Positions 18,939 to 29,050 of a stretch of DNA of 53,490 nt are shown in pieces. The notes under the pieces were generated by a model. It ran no database searches. It was not told the DNA's origin and was given only the letters and a program-made list of their open reading frames with translations. This DNA comes from a virus (lineage: Duplodnaviria > Caudoviricetes), in the IMG/VR virus record IMGVR_UViG_3300032116_000274, positions 1 through 53,490 of that record, one strand, 5' to 3'. Each line of letters starts with the position of its first letter. The first letter of the stretch is position 1. The position numbers and the translations under genes were made by a program.

Positions 18939-20565
18939 CATTAAGCCATATCCATTTACTGCTACCGCAATCCCAAATCCTGTTCCAACCTTGAGCCTTG
19001 CGATTTTCCCATTCTGTCAAGGCTGGATCATCTTGTGAGTTCTTGCGCAAGCTAAATCTGTGCAGTCTTGTAATATTTGGTACCTTGAAATACCAATAAT
19101 TTGGCGTACCTAAACTTATGCAAGTAAATCCCAATTGTTCATAAACTGTTCCTTGATTCCATCTTAAATCACAATAACTTATAATTTGTTTTGGATGGTA
19201 ATTGGTTACAAAATATTTGAATAGTTTGCCTGCTCCACCCATAACTTGTGTTTTTGTGATACTGCACAACCTACTCAATTCCCAGACATCTGCCCCCGTG
19301 TTCCGAGAACCTTTGCTGATATTGGGTTGACTGAAAGTTGCCACTTGGACCAATTGTTCTCCATAATATAGTCCCAAGCAAATCTTGCTGGCCCCATTGC
19401 CTTGAATATGATTTTGCGTACAAAAGTCACGGGCTATTGTGGCATCAATGGGTTTCACCATGCATTTTCTTGCAGCAATTTTGTTCTGACATATACCTAG
19501 TATATGTTGTAGCCTGCTTTTTACTATGTCTTGTTTGGTTAACCATTCATCTTCAAAAACAGTAATCAAGGATATTCCTTGGGCAGCACATAATTCTTTT
19601 TTGTTTTTGTGATAATTTTTATCTTTCCCCTGTAGTTCACTATGCCAATATAGCCCACAATATTCCACTGCAAGGTTCCTGTGTGGAATCAGGATATCCA
19701 GTTCCAAGGGAAAGATAGTTGATCGGTTGCCACTTAAAACAGTTTCGTGTGGCAAAACGGATCGGATCCAGCTCAGCAGCTCAAGTTCAGCATTGGACTT
19801 AACGGGAATTGGTCTACAAACAGGGCAAATGTCTTTGCGCCATTTGGAAATGGTGAAATATTGTTTTGTAATAGAGAATTGATTGTTACATGCAATACAT
19901 TTAACAAATACATTTTGACCTTCCACACTCTCATACAATAAATTTGCATCAGAAATTGCTTGTAACATTTTATCATTGCTCAACATTGATTTTTTCAATG
20001 CAGACAAGCGACTGCTTGCACTGATTTTGTTTTTGGTTGTTTGCGAGTGTTTTTTGCCACGCATATGACTCCCAAAATCATAACCTTGCTCTTGCAAGGT
20101 TTGTTTGGCTTTTGCTGCTCGTTGTTTCATCAATTCTGGATTCTGCTGTGCGTAATCTTGCACTCCTTGGCTGATCTGATTCCTAGTAGAGGGGCTCAAT
20201 ATGGCCCCTTTTCTGGGATGTGTATCATTCTGCTGCCATTTGATAGTTCGTGCTGCAACAGCTTTGCGTATGTTTTCAAGATGATTAGGATCAGTTACTT
20301 TCTGGCCTTTGTTTGCCGGAATTTTACCTTCCCTCTTTTCACTCATTTTTTGTAAGCTGGCTTGCGCATGTTTCTTACCAAACATGCCGTTTTTTTCGCC
20401 GCTGCGCTCTAAACTAAGTTGTTTTTTGTAGTCCGCACAAGCTAAGCTGTCACGCCCAAATTTTTGTCGGTATTGTTCACTACTTATTTGATGAGAGAAT
20501 TTCAAATGAGTGCTGCTGATAATCTTGTCAAATATTTTTTCACACAACTTACACGTTATGGTCAT
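18922..20565 (-). mobile_element. Free-standing Hef-like homing endonuclease (Zn finger, NUMOD3 repeats, PD-(D/E)XK core, C-terminal Mom/GNAT-like domain)
   Basis: CKLC...H...H; NGMFGKKH and MRGKKHSQTTKNKIS; CIAC...CPVC; ELDILIP...AVEYCGLYWH; ELSRLC...SYCDLRW...YEQLGF. Inserted antisense between sheath and tube. Confidence 0.7.
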
Positions 20566-20691
20566 AGCTATTCCCCTCTTGTTAGTATATAGTTATTTAA
20601 GGCTTTATAACAATATCTATCCATAATATTGGATCTAGACAGACAGCAGTCAGAGCATAAGCTTAAATAAGAGAAAACATTTGTGGGTAAT

Positions 20692-21015
20692 ATGACACGC
20701 TCAATTCTTGAATCTGAAGACAATGATTCAGACACTCAAACCAGCCTTGATTACGAAAGGCAGCGAGTAACAGGTGAACTCACCAAACTCAGCGTAGCCT
20801 TGTTTGAGCACTATTCAGCCACAATGGGCAAGAATGAATCACTGGGTATGCTGATCGAAAGCTTGAGTGAAACCTTGGGCAACATGATCTCCCTTGTTGC
20901 TGATGATCATCAACAAGAGGTTATTGACAGTGCACATTTAGTTATCTTGCAAGGACTCAGCAGTCAACAAGAAAGCATAGCCCAAATTGCTTATGGGATC
21001 GTGGGTCACGCTTAG
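20692..21015 (+). CDS. Hypothetical protein (start 20683 or 20692)
   Basis: Acidic helical ORF downstream of TAAATA 20664. Confidence 0.65.
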   Translation: MTRSILESEDNDSDTQTSLDYERQRVTGELTKLSVALFEHYSATMGKNESLGMLIESLSETLGNMISLVADDHQQEVIDSAHLVILQGLSSQQESIAQIAYGIVGHA

Positions 21016-21085
21016 CCACTGCCCCTGAATTTTCCACCCTCTCTCCATAAATAAGTTTGCAATAAACAAGTTTCTGGAGTAGAGC

Positions 21086-21667
21086 ATGGTAGAGACTCTT
21101 TCAAAATTCGGCGTTCCCATCAACGGTGCAAGAAATGGCTTGCTCATGCCGAAGATCAAACATCGCTTCCGTGTGCGTGTTATCAATTTTGGTCCCATTG
21201 CTGGCGGTTTGGAGCTCACACAACAGGTAGTGAGTGCTGCTCGGCCCAATGTAAGCATGAACAGCGTTGAGGTACACAGCTACAATTCCATTATGCATTA
21301 CGCTGGCAAGGCCACTTGGCAACAAATGCAGATTACTGTGCGTGATGATATCACCAACAGTGTCAGCAAGCTTGTGGGTCATCAGCTTCAAAAGCAAATG
21401 AACTTTTTTGAACAAACCAGTGTTGCTGCTGGTATCAATTACAAGTTCACAACTATTCTTGAAATACTTGATGGTGGTAATGAAACAGTGTTTGAAACTT
21501 GGACACTGGAAGGCTGTTTCCTTGAAACAGTGGATTATCAGACTTTGGAATACAACAGCAGCGACCCTGTGGACATTCAGCTTACAGTGAGATTTGACAA
21601 TGCCACACTTGCTGACGGATTGTTTGAATTGAATCCACAATTTAGAGCTGGTGTCAGCATAGGATAA
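21086..21667 (+). CDS. Tail tube protein (gp19-like)
   Basis: RFRV...ARPNVS...YAGKATWQ...ITVRDD...WTLEGCF...VRFDNA; late promoter and RBS GGAG. Confidence 0.85.
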   Translation: MVETLSKFGVPINGARNGLLMPKIKHRFRVRVINFGPIAGGLELTQQVVSAARPNVSMNSVEVHSYNSIMHYAGKATWQQMQITVRDDITNSVSKLVGHQLQKQMNFFEQTSVAAGINYKFTTILEILDGGNETVFETWTLEGCFLETVDYQTLEYNSSDPVDIQLTVRFDNATLADGLFELNPQFRAGVSIG

Positions 21668-21671
21668 TTCA

Positions 21672-22697
21672 GTGCCGTTATCAGCTAGCGAAGCACAACA
21701 GCAAACTTCTGATGAGCTTGGTGCGTCAGCTGGGAGCAGAACCTACTATCGCGGCCTTCCTTTGATATTGCGCAATAGCAGATATGCAACCAAGCACACA
21801 AAAACCAATCGTGTTATTAGTGCAATGCCACGTCAGAAGTTTTTGTTTTATGCCAGTTTCAATGCAGGTCCTGCCATCAGCCGGTTGCGAGAATTCAGCA
21901 GTTGGCAATCAGGATTTGCCTTTCAAATCAAAACAATAGACAGGCCCAAATTCAGTCCCGAAGCCAAAATTTTGAAACAATACAACAGAAAGCGTGTGAT
22001 ATACACTGGTATTGATTACGCAGACTTGAGTATTACTTTTCATGACACTGTGGATGATAGGGTTTTGAGAGTTTGGCGAGACTACTACAACTGGTATTTT
22101 GGGGATGGTAGACTACGTCCCAATAGCACAAGTGGGAACGCCACAGCGTGGCGCAGCAGTGTTATTGAGCGAGAATTCAGCATTGGGAGTGGTTGGGGAT
22201 TCAGTCCACAGCCAGGACCAGACAACAACTTTTTTGAAAGTCTTGACATCTACACATTTTATGGTGGCAAATACACCAAAATGCGAGTCTACAATCCCAA
22301 GATATCAAGTTTGGAATTTGACAGCATGGAAACTGAAAGCAGTGGACTCAACAGCATCAACATGACTGTCAAACATGAGGGTGTGGCTTTTGAGGAAGTT
22401 GCTTACAAGCTGAGTCCTGAACTCATTAGCAAGTTCAATTTAAATGGTGGCGACTATTATGAACCACCTGATTTGTTTGGCGGCGTCAACACATTCTTGT
22501 TGGAACTGGATGACAGCATTCAAAATGCTGTTGATGGACTCTTGAACAATGTTGCCAGCAATGTGCCCTTTGTGGGACAAGTGTTAAGCAGTTTAGGAAG
22601 CAGAGTGATAAGCGCCAGTGGTGTAACAGGCATAGGTGGGCGCATTGCACAACGGATTGGTTCCAGTTCCTTGAATAGATGGGGGCGTTTCGTGTAA
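21672..22697 (+). CDS. Tube-fold baseplate/tail-tube initiator (gp48/gp54-like)
   Basis: IDRPKF...QYNRKR...ITFHDT...YYNWYF...NPKIS tube-like pattern, adjacent to the tube gene. Confidence 0.55.
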   Translation: MPLSASEAQQQTSDELGASAGSRTYYRGLPLILRNSRYATKHTKTNRVISAMPRQKFLFYASFNAGPAISRLREFSSWQSGFAFQIKTIDRPKFSPEAKILKQYNRKRVIYTGIDYADLSITFHDTVDDRVLRVWRDYYNWYFGDGRLRPNSTSGNATAWRSSVIEREFSIGSGWGFSPQPGPDNNFFESLDIYTFYGGKYTKMRVYNPKISSLEFDSMETESSGLNSINMTVKHEGVAFEEVAYKLSPELISKFNLNGGDYYEPPDLFGGVNTFLLELDDSIQNAVDGLLNNVASNVPFVGQVLSSLGSRVISASGVTGIGGRIAQRIGSSSLNRWGRFV

Positions 22698-23167
22698 TGG
22701 TACAAGATCTTATAACACGGAATTTGATTGATCAAAGCAATAACTTTGGTCAAGAAAGCATAGTTGTCAATGCACAAGGCACGAGACAATTCCAAGATCC
22801 AACTACTGGGCAATTGCAGTCACGGCCCATAAATGCCAGTGCATATGACTTACAAAACAGCCCTTTAGACAACAGCTTTCAAGTCAATCCAGAAAGCTAT
22901 GCAATTGCCAAAAGCATGTTTTCAGGACAAACTGTCCCTGAAAATCTCAGCAACACATATGGGGCTGTTGCTGCTGTAACCGCCAAAAGCTTGAGCACAA
23001 GCCCATTAAGTTTGTTCAAGAATGGGGTGATGAGTCCAGAGCTGTTGGAAAACATGAATTTTTTCCGCACACAAGGAAGTCAAATAGGCTATAACAGTGG
23101 TAGTCCTGACCCCCCTTATTTGAATAATTTGATGTTGAACGCAAAGATTCTGGCCCAAACAACATAA
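22697..23167 (+). CDS. Hypothetical (probable virion) protein
   Basis: TAATG coupling at 22697. Confidence 0.7.
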   Translation: MVQDLITRNLIDQSNNFGQESIVVNAQGTRQFQDPTTGQLQSRPINASAYDLQNSPLDNSFQVNPESYAIAKSMFSGQTVPENLSNTYGAVAAVTAKSLSTSPLSLFKNGVMSPELLENMNFFRTQGSQIGYNSGSPDPPYLNNLMLNAKILAQTT

Positions 23168-23183
23168 GTTTCTAAATAGATGC

Positions 23184-23618
23184 ATGGCACTCAAATACAG
23201 TCAAGGCATCTTCACGCCCAAAAATCCCACCAAAGTAGTGGGCAATCCATTGCCGACATTCAGAAGTTCTTGGGAATTAGCGTGCATGAATTTTTTCGAC
23301 AGTCATCCCAGCGTCATCCAATGGGCAAGTGAATTTATAAAAATACCCTATACAAATCCTTTGACTGGGAAACCCAGCTTGTATGTTCCAGATTTTTTAG
23401 TTGTGTATCAAGACAAAGCAGGCAACAACATTGGTGAATTGATTGAAATCAAACCCAAAAAAGAAACTTTGATGGAAAATGCCAAGAGCAAAAGAGATCG
23501 GGCATTTGTAATTGTGAATACAGCAAAGTGGGCTGCTGCTCTTGCATGGGCAAACAAGCAAGGCTTGAGATTTAGAGTTGTAAATGAAGACAGTATATTC
23601 AAACAAAAAGGTAAATGA
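23184..23618 (+). CDS. Head completion nuclease, T4 gp4-like (TnsA-type fold)
   Basis: FRSSWE, WASE, YVPDF, EIKP, NTAKWAAA and FRVVNE. Confidence 0.9.
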   Translation: MALKYSQGIFTPKNPTKVVGNPLPTFRSSWELACMNFFDSHPSVIQWASEFIKIPYTNPLTGKPSLYVPDFLVVYQDKAGNNIGELIEIKPKKETLMENAKSKRDRAFVIVNTAKWAAALAWANKQGLRFRVVNEDSIFKQKGK

Positions 23619-24079
23619 TGGGACGTTTTGAAAAGTTGGAACAAACTTTTGGCTTACCAAGATTGGAAGACAGTGTTCCTTCTCAAGACTTGGTTGAAAC
23701 CAGTTTGGAAAAAGCTCAAGAATTGGCACAAACGTTCCGGGATCAAGATCCGGCTGAAGTGCATGATGATGAAATGAACGAAATTGCCAGCTTAGCTATT
23801 GAGTGGGGCAAAAACCTCAATGATCTTGGCATGACAGTGGAAATGCGCCATGCAGGGGAAATTTTTACTGCAAGTGCAACCATGTTAAAGGTGGCCTTGG
23901 ATGCACGCAACAGCAAGATGGATCGCCTATTCAAGCAATTGAAACTGGACTTGGATCGACTGAAAGTGGAAAAAGCATTTCCTGACAAATCAGAGCCAGT
24001 TGACACAGGTAATATCAAAGTTCTGGACCGTAATGCATTGCTTGAACAATTGCGTGAGTTCAGCAAGGAAGCTAAATAA
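23615..24079 (+). CDS. Putative terminase small subunit
   Basis: Helical ~154 aa with a C-terminal DRNALL; lies in the packaging cluster upstream of terL. Assignment is an inference. Confidence 0.45.
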   Translation: MMGRFEKLEQTFGLPRLEDSVPSQDLVETSLEKAQELAQTFRDQDPAEVHDDEMNEIASLAIEWGKNLNDLGMTVEMRHAGEIFTASATMLKVALDARNSKMDRLFKQLKLDLDRLKVEKAFPDKSEPVDTGNIKVLDRNALLEQLREFSKEAK

Positions 24080-24101
24080 GAGAAGATTTGAAAGTGGTGC
24101 T

Positions 24102-24920
24102 ATGAAAAGTTTCAAAACATATTTGGAAGAAGCCCAAAAACAATACAACTTCCGTATCAAAATGGTGGTACCACCAACTGATGAGCATATGGATGATATT
24201 GAGCGGTTGCTGCGTAGATATAACCTTATTAGCATAGGGACTCCAGTAAAGATTGCTCCCAAAAGTGATGCAATGGAATTTCGTGATATCGAAAATGCTG
24301 ACGTTTGGTATATTGATGTAGTGATTGGCATTCCCTTCAGTGCATATATTCTGCAACAGGAATTACGTGCTGCTTTGAATATTCCTGAAAAGTTTTTGGT
24401 CGTTCGCACAGACAACGAACCCATTGAAGTTGAAAGTCAAAAGATGCAAATCTTAAGCCTATTGGACAAAATGGCTGATGAAAAAGGTTTAACACAAAAA
24501 GCCAGCTTGCTGAGCACAGATAATGAATATCTAGATGCTGAACAACCAATTGTCAAGGACGCATTTGGGGACAAATACAACAAAAAATTTCTCAGTTATT
24601 TGGCAGACGTTGCAGCTTCTCGGAAACCCCAAGAGTTTGAAACCCTCAGCAGTCACATTTCAGTTAAGGAATTTAAAGCTGCTCGGCAAGAACCCACTCA
24701 AGACTTGGCAGATTTTAACGACGGGCATGATACACCAAAGCCTGTGACAAAATCCAAAAAATCCAACAAAATGCCAGTTGACAGCAAATTTTTGACTAGC
24801 AATGGCAATTTTGATGACGACAGCAAGACCTACTTCACAGCACGCAAAAATCGCAGTGGGAAAACAGTAACCATGAGCATGCAAGCTGACGAAATCAGGC
24901 ATCCCGGAAAAGGCAAGTAA
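24102..24920 (+). CDS. Hypothetical, probable internal head protein
   Basis: Starts MKSFKTYLEE, similar to the T4 capsid-targeting sequence; late promoter at 24073. Confidence 0.7.
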   Translation: MKSFKTYLEEAQKQYNFRIKMVVPPTDEHMDDIERLLRRYNLISIGTPVKIAPKSDAMEFRDIENADVWYIDVVIGIPFSAYILQQELRAALNIPEKFLVVRTDNEPIEVESQKMQILSLLDKMADEKGLTQKASLLSTDNEYLDAEQPIVKDAFGDKYNKKFLSYLADVAASRKPQEFETLSSHISVKEFKAARQEPTQDLADFNDGHDTPKPVTKSKKSNKMPVDSKFLTSNGNFDDDSKTYFTARKNRSGKTVTMSMQADEIRHPGKGK

Positions 24921-24922
24921 TT

Positions 24923-25984
24923 ATGGAATCAAATCGATATAATTTAACTATTTCAACCAAAGACATTCCCAGCAAGAGTGCAAGTGTTAGCACTGACGAT
25001 GCAGGCGATGTGATGAGGTTGATGCAGCTGGCCGGGCAAGGTAGTGACAAAAGATATAATGCATCAATAACAACAGGTGGCATCAACACAGCAGATGTTG
25101 CTAGTATGTCGTTGACCAGTTGCGATCCAGATGATGTAATGCGGTTGCTACAGTTGGCTGGCGTGCCTTACAGCAGTTCCCCCAAGGCTTGCGGTTGTCC
25201 TCAAGATTGTGACTGTGAAGGTCCCACATGCGACGCTCCTGGTGTCGAGATGTATGAGGGCATAGACAAAGACTATCCTGATACAGCAGAAGGAGCCATC
25301 CAAGCTCTAGGCGACATGAGCACTCACAATGTTCAAGGCGCAACAGCTACTCCAGATCCTCAAGTAGATAGAGTGTGGCTGGTCAAGCATTCCGGAGGCC
25401 AAAGCATCGTTTACCTCAAGAAGCCAGGTGATACCTACACTCATCACCAGCCCATGAACGACTTTGAAGACATCTACGAAGGTTTTGATGCTGTGGGCAT
25501 GCAAGTGGAAGAAGAGGCTGAGTTTGACTGGGGTTCTAGAGACTGGAAGGATGACCAACACGTTGTAAGAATGAAGCAGGCCACCAAGCAAGGCACTGCG
25601 CAAAAGCCAGACATTGTTGTTATGGAACAACAGGCTGAGTATGATTATGGCCACAAAGACCCTACTGACGAAACTGAAGAATTTGACATAAAAGACTATA
25701 ACTTCAAAGGACGCGGCGATCTGCCCGAACGTTTGACAAATGCCCGATTTGGCAGCAATGCCTTGAAATCAGAAATGCGTGAAAGTATTCATGCCCGCTT
25801 AGTAGCAGCCTACAACGACTTCATAAATGAAAGTGAACAGCGTGTAAATGCTGATGGGCGGTCAAGCCCTCTAACAGCTACAAAACGTGATGAGTTTTTG
25901 AAAGATCCCTACACTGAAGAACCCGACACTGATGGAAGTGAAAGTCCTTTGACCGATATCAAAAGGCAACATATAAAGCGATAA
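24923..25984 (+). CDS. Acidic hypothetical protein with internal repeat, possible prohead core protein
   Basis: Repeat DDAGDVMRLMQLAG / DPDDVMRLLQLAG and a Cys cluster CGCPQDCDC. Confidence 0.7.
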   Translation: MESNRYNLTISTKDIPSKSASVSTDDAGDVMRLMQLAGQGSDKRYNASITTGGINTADVASMSLTSCDPDDVMRLLQLAGVPYSSSPKACGCPQDCDCEGPTCDAPGVEMYEGIDKDYPDTAEGAIQALGDMSTHNVQGATATPDPQVDRVWLVKHSGGQSIVYLKKPGDTYTHHQPMNDFEDIYEGFDAVGMQVEEEAEFDWGSRDWKDDQHVVRMKQATKQGTAQKPDIVVMEQQAEYDYGHKDPTDETEEFDIKDYNFKGRGDLPERLTNARFGSNALKSEMRESIHARLVAAYNDFINESEQRVNADGRSSPLTATKRDEFLKDPYTEEPDTDGSESPLTDIKRQHIKR

Positions 25985-25988
25985 TTGC

Positions 25989-26234
25989 ATGCTCATACGT
26001 CGCACAACAATAGTCACATTGGACATTTTTTATTATCGACCTGATTACCAAAACCTTATTCAGGAATTTGTGTGGTCCTTGGATGACTACGTTCCAGAAC
26101 TCCAAAGAACACACAAATTTTTGAAGTTCTGGCAACAAAATATAGATGCTGTTATAAAAGAAATACTCTTGGGAGTAAGCGGTGCAACTCCCCGGAAGCT
26201 GGAAGCTGTGGACCATTTGTTTCGTTTGAATTAA
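25989..26234 (+). CDS. Usg-like protein
   Basis: T.DIFYYRPD...LIQEFVW...D..PE....FL.FWQ.NI matches the alphaproteobacterial Usg family pattern. Confidence 0.7.
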   Translation: MLIRRTTIVTLDIFYYRPDYQNLIQEFVWSLDDYVPELQRTHKFLKFWQQNIDAVIKEILLGVSGATPRKLEAVDHLFRLN

Positions 26235-26236
26235 CA

Positions 26237-27832
26237 ATGCTACAAAACAATAGTGATCCTGTTCTTATAAAAAAGCCGCACCAGCAGTTGCGGCTAAATG
26301 CATATCAAGAGGCTGAGTTCCTCAAGTGTGCCATCAATCCATTGTATTTTATAGACAATTACATCTACATCAGGCATGGTACGAAAGGGCGTGTGCCATT
26401 TAAATTGTTTGACTATCAAAAAGATCTTGTGCTGACCTACTGGAAAAACCGGCAAGTCATAGCCATGTGTTCTCGCCAGCTGGGAAAAACGGAAACTGCT
26501 GCAAGTTTTATGTTATGGTTCGCAACGTTTCAAAAAGATGTGAATATTTTGATAGCTGCCAATAATTTCCGTGCAGCTACTGAAATTATGGATCGTATCA
26601 AATTCAGTTACGAAGAATTACCAGACTGGATCAAGGCAGGGGTTGTTACCTACAATGTGCAAAAGATTGTTTTTGACAATGGCAGCAAGATTGAAAGTGC
26701 TACAACCACACCCTCTACAGGACGTGGTAAATCCATAAGCTTGTTATATTTGGACGAGATGGCATTCGTGAAGCCAAGGATTGCTGAAGAGTTTTGGAGT
26801 GCTATCAGCCCAACACTTGCTACAGGTGGTAAATGCATCATTACATCTACCCCCAACAGTGATGAAGACACCTTTGCGCAAATTTGGTATGCAAGCAATC
26901 GCACACTTGACGAATTTGGCAATGAGCTACCTGATGGTTTGGGAGTAAATGGATTCAAGGCCTTTGTTGCCAAATGGAATCAACATCCAGATAGAGATGA
27001 AGAATGGGCCAAAAAAGAACGTGCCAAAATTGGCTACGAGAAGTTTGAGCGTGAATATGAACTGAGATTTTTAACCGCAGACAGCACATTGATAGACAGC
27101 CAAACGTTGGCAGGATTGGTTGCTACAGAGCCTTTGTTCAAAACCAGTCACATACGTTGGTGGGAAAAGCCACAGGCCAACAACATTTATCTTGTGAGCC
27201 TTGATCCCAGTGCAGGTGTGGGGTTGGACTCAGCGGCTATACAAGTGTGGCGACTGCCTGACATGGTGCAAGTGGCAGAATGGATGCACAATAGGAGTGA
27301 TATAGCAGCACAGTTGAAAATGGTTGTGCAAATAACCAGCTTCATCGAGAGAGAAATGAGAAGCCATCCGGCTCAAATCAGCGAGCCTGAAATATTTTGG
27401 ACGTTTGAAAACAACAGCTACGGGCAAGCTGTAATTGAACTATTGAATGAAGCTGGATGGGACGTTGTACCGGCGCAATTGTTGAGCGAGCCCAATCAAA
27501 CAGGAAGCCGTTTCAGAAAAGGTTTGAACACCAACGGCCGAACTAAAAATCAAGCTGTTACCAAACTCAAAAGCTTAGTTGAGGGCAATCGCTTGCAAAT
27601 CAAAAGCAAGCCCTTGATCTCTGAACTCAAAAATTATGTGACCAAAGGAGGCAGCTTCGCTGCCAAGAGTGGGGAACATGACGATTTAGTGAGCGCATTG
27701 TTGATGATTGTGCGAATGAGCCAGCTTATCGCAAGGTGGGATGACAACACTGCATCACAAATACGCAATAACGACTTAGTTGAAGTAGATGACTTGGTTG
27801 AGCCCTTACCAATTGCTGTGAGCATCTGGTAA
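26237..27832 (+). CDS. terL: Terminase large subunit (gp17-like)
   Basis: SRQLGKT, LLYLDEMAF, ITSTPN, SLDPSAGVGLD, FENN and HDDLV. Confidence 0.96.
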   Translation: MLQNNSDPVLIKKPHQQLRLNAYQEAEFLKCAINPLYFIDNYIYIRHGTKGRVPFKLFDYQKDLVLTYWKNRQVIAMCSRQLGKTETAASFMLWFATFQKDVNILIAANNFRAATEIMDRIKFSYEELPDWIKAGVVTYNVQKIVFDNGSKIESATTTPSTGRGKSISLLYLDEMAFVKPRIAEEFWSAISPTLATGGKCIITSTPNSDEDTFAQIWYASNRTLDEFGNELPDGLGVNGFKAFVAKWNQHPDRDEEWAKKERAKIGYEKFEREYELRFLTADSTLIDSQTLAGLVATEPLFKTSHIRWWEKPQANNIYLVSLDPSAGVGLDSAAIQVWRLPDMVQVAEWMHNRSDIAAQLKMVVQITSFIEREMRSHPAQISEPEIFWTFENNSYGQAVIELLNEAGWDVVPAQLLSEPNQTGSRFRKGLNTNGRTKNQAVTKLKSLVEGNRLQIKSKPLISELKNYVTKGGSFAAKSGEHDDLVSALLMIVRMSQLIARWDDNTASQIRNNDLVEVDDLVEPLPIAVSIW

Positions 27833-27867
27833 CAATCCTAAATATTGCACTAGTTAAGGAACTGATT

Positions 27868-28935
27868 ATGGCAACACCTCATGAAGAGATGGCGCAATTG
27901 ATTTTTGATGTGCTCAGCAGTAAAGGACATCAAATTCTCATGTATGATGAAAAAGGCAATCAAGTTTTTGACCCTCAGAAAAGCAATCGTCTATGGAGCA
28001 AAAACGAAAAGCTGATGGTACATTTGGGTTACACCAAAGGGAAACCACCCAAGCCTTTGGTTACCTTTTATACGAGCGATGTTACAGATTCCAAAAGATT
28101 CAACGCCATCAAATTCACCTTGAAAAAGCATAATCCTTGGGATTTCAGTTTTGACACGGAGCACTTTGCTAGAGCACTTGAGCCACGCCATTTCAAGCAC
28201 ATGAACGTTTCAGAAAATCACACATGGAGCGGCAGCACTCGAACCAGTTATTTTCCCATCAACGGGGTTATGGTTGTGATCAAGCACACCAAACCTTGGC
28301 AAAAAGATGCATTGGATCAAGCACAACGCTGGCGCCGAATTAAACAAGTGATGCTCTTTACCCCTTCTGGGGAAAGATTCAAATTCCCGTTGAACCATGT
28401 GCTGGGGGCCAAAGCAATGGCACAACACTTGGCACATCAAAACACCATGCACGACGCAGATGGTAAGTTGATTCAAGATTTAACCAAAAGCCTACAAAAC
28501 ATGAGTAGCCTTCAACGTAGAGCTAGGCGCCTGGGTGCAATGGATCTGTTGGATCACATCCAAGGCACTAGAGCACAAATAAAAAAGCTGTTGAGTCAAA
28601 TAAGTGAAAGTCGATCTTATCATACAGCTCTAGCAAGTTCACGTAAATTGCTGTTGGACTGGAAGCAACCCACACATTCATTGCCTTTGACCTTTCGTGA
28701 AGCCAAAGACATGATGGGATGGCTGGAAAATTTTGATCCACAAATAGTTGAAGATGACTCCAAAACAGAACAAGTGAAAGCTGCTTGGCTCGCCTCTGAT
28801 GGCAACAAGTATGAAACATTGGATTTTTTGAAGAGAAATGTTCCAGGTTGGGAAAGCCGTTTTGAGGCTGATCCAGCCACAGTTACAGCAGAACTAGATG
28901 AAATAATTGACCAGTTGAAAAAATCAGAAAAATAA
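27868..28935 (+). CDS. Hypothetical late protein
   Basis: 355 aa; TAAATA at 27839; RBS AAGGA. Confidence 0.8.
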   Translation: MATPHEEMAQLIFDVLSSKGHQILMYDEKGNQVFDPQKSNRLWSKNEKLMVHLGYTKGKPPKPLVTFYTSDVTDSKRFNAIKFTLKKHNPWDFSFDTEHFARALEPRHFKHMNVSENHTWSGSTRTSYFPINGVMVVIKHTKPWQKDALDQAQRWRRIKQVMLFTPSGERFKFPLNHVLGAKAMAQHLAHQNTMHDADGKLIQDLTKSLQNMSSLQRRARRLGAMDLLDHIQGTRAQIKKLLSQISESRSYHTALASSRKLLLDWKQPTHSLPLTFREAKDMMGWLENFDPQIVEDDSKTEQVKAAWLASDGNKYETLDFLKRNVPGWESRFEADPATVTAELDEIIDQLKKSEK

Positions 28936-29050
28936 ATTGTAAGAAGCATCGATACTAAATAAGCTTGTTAGTGGCAACAAACATGTTTTGTTGTCTCTAT
29001 CTTGAAAAACATATAGGCACATTTATAGGCACATAGAAAGGACAAATACA

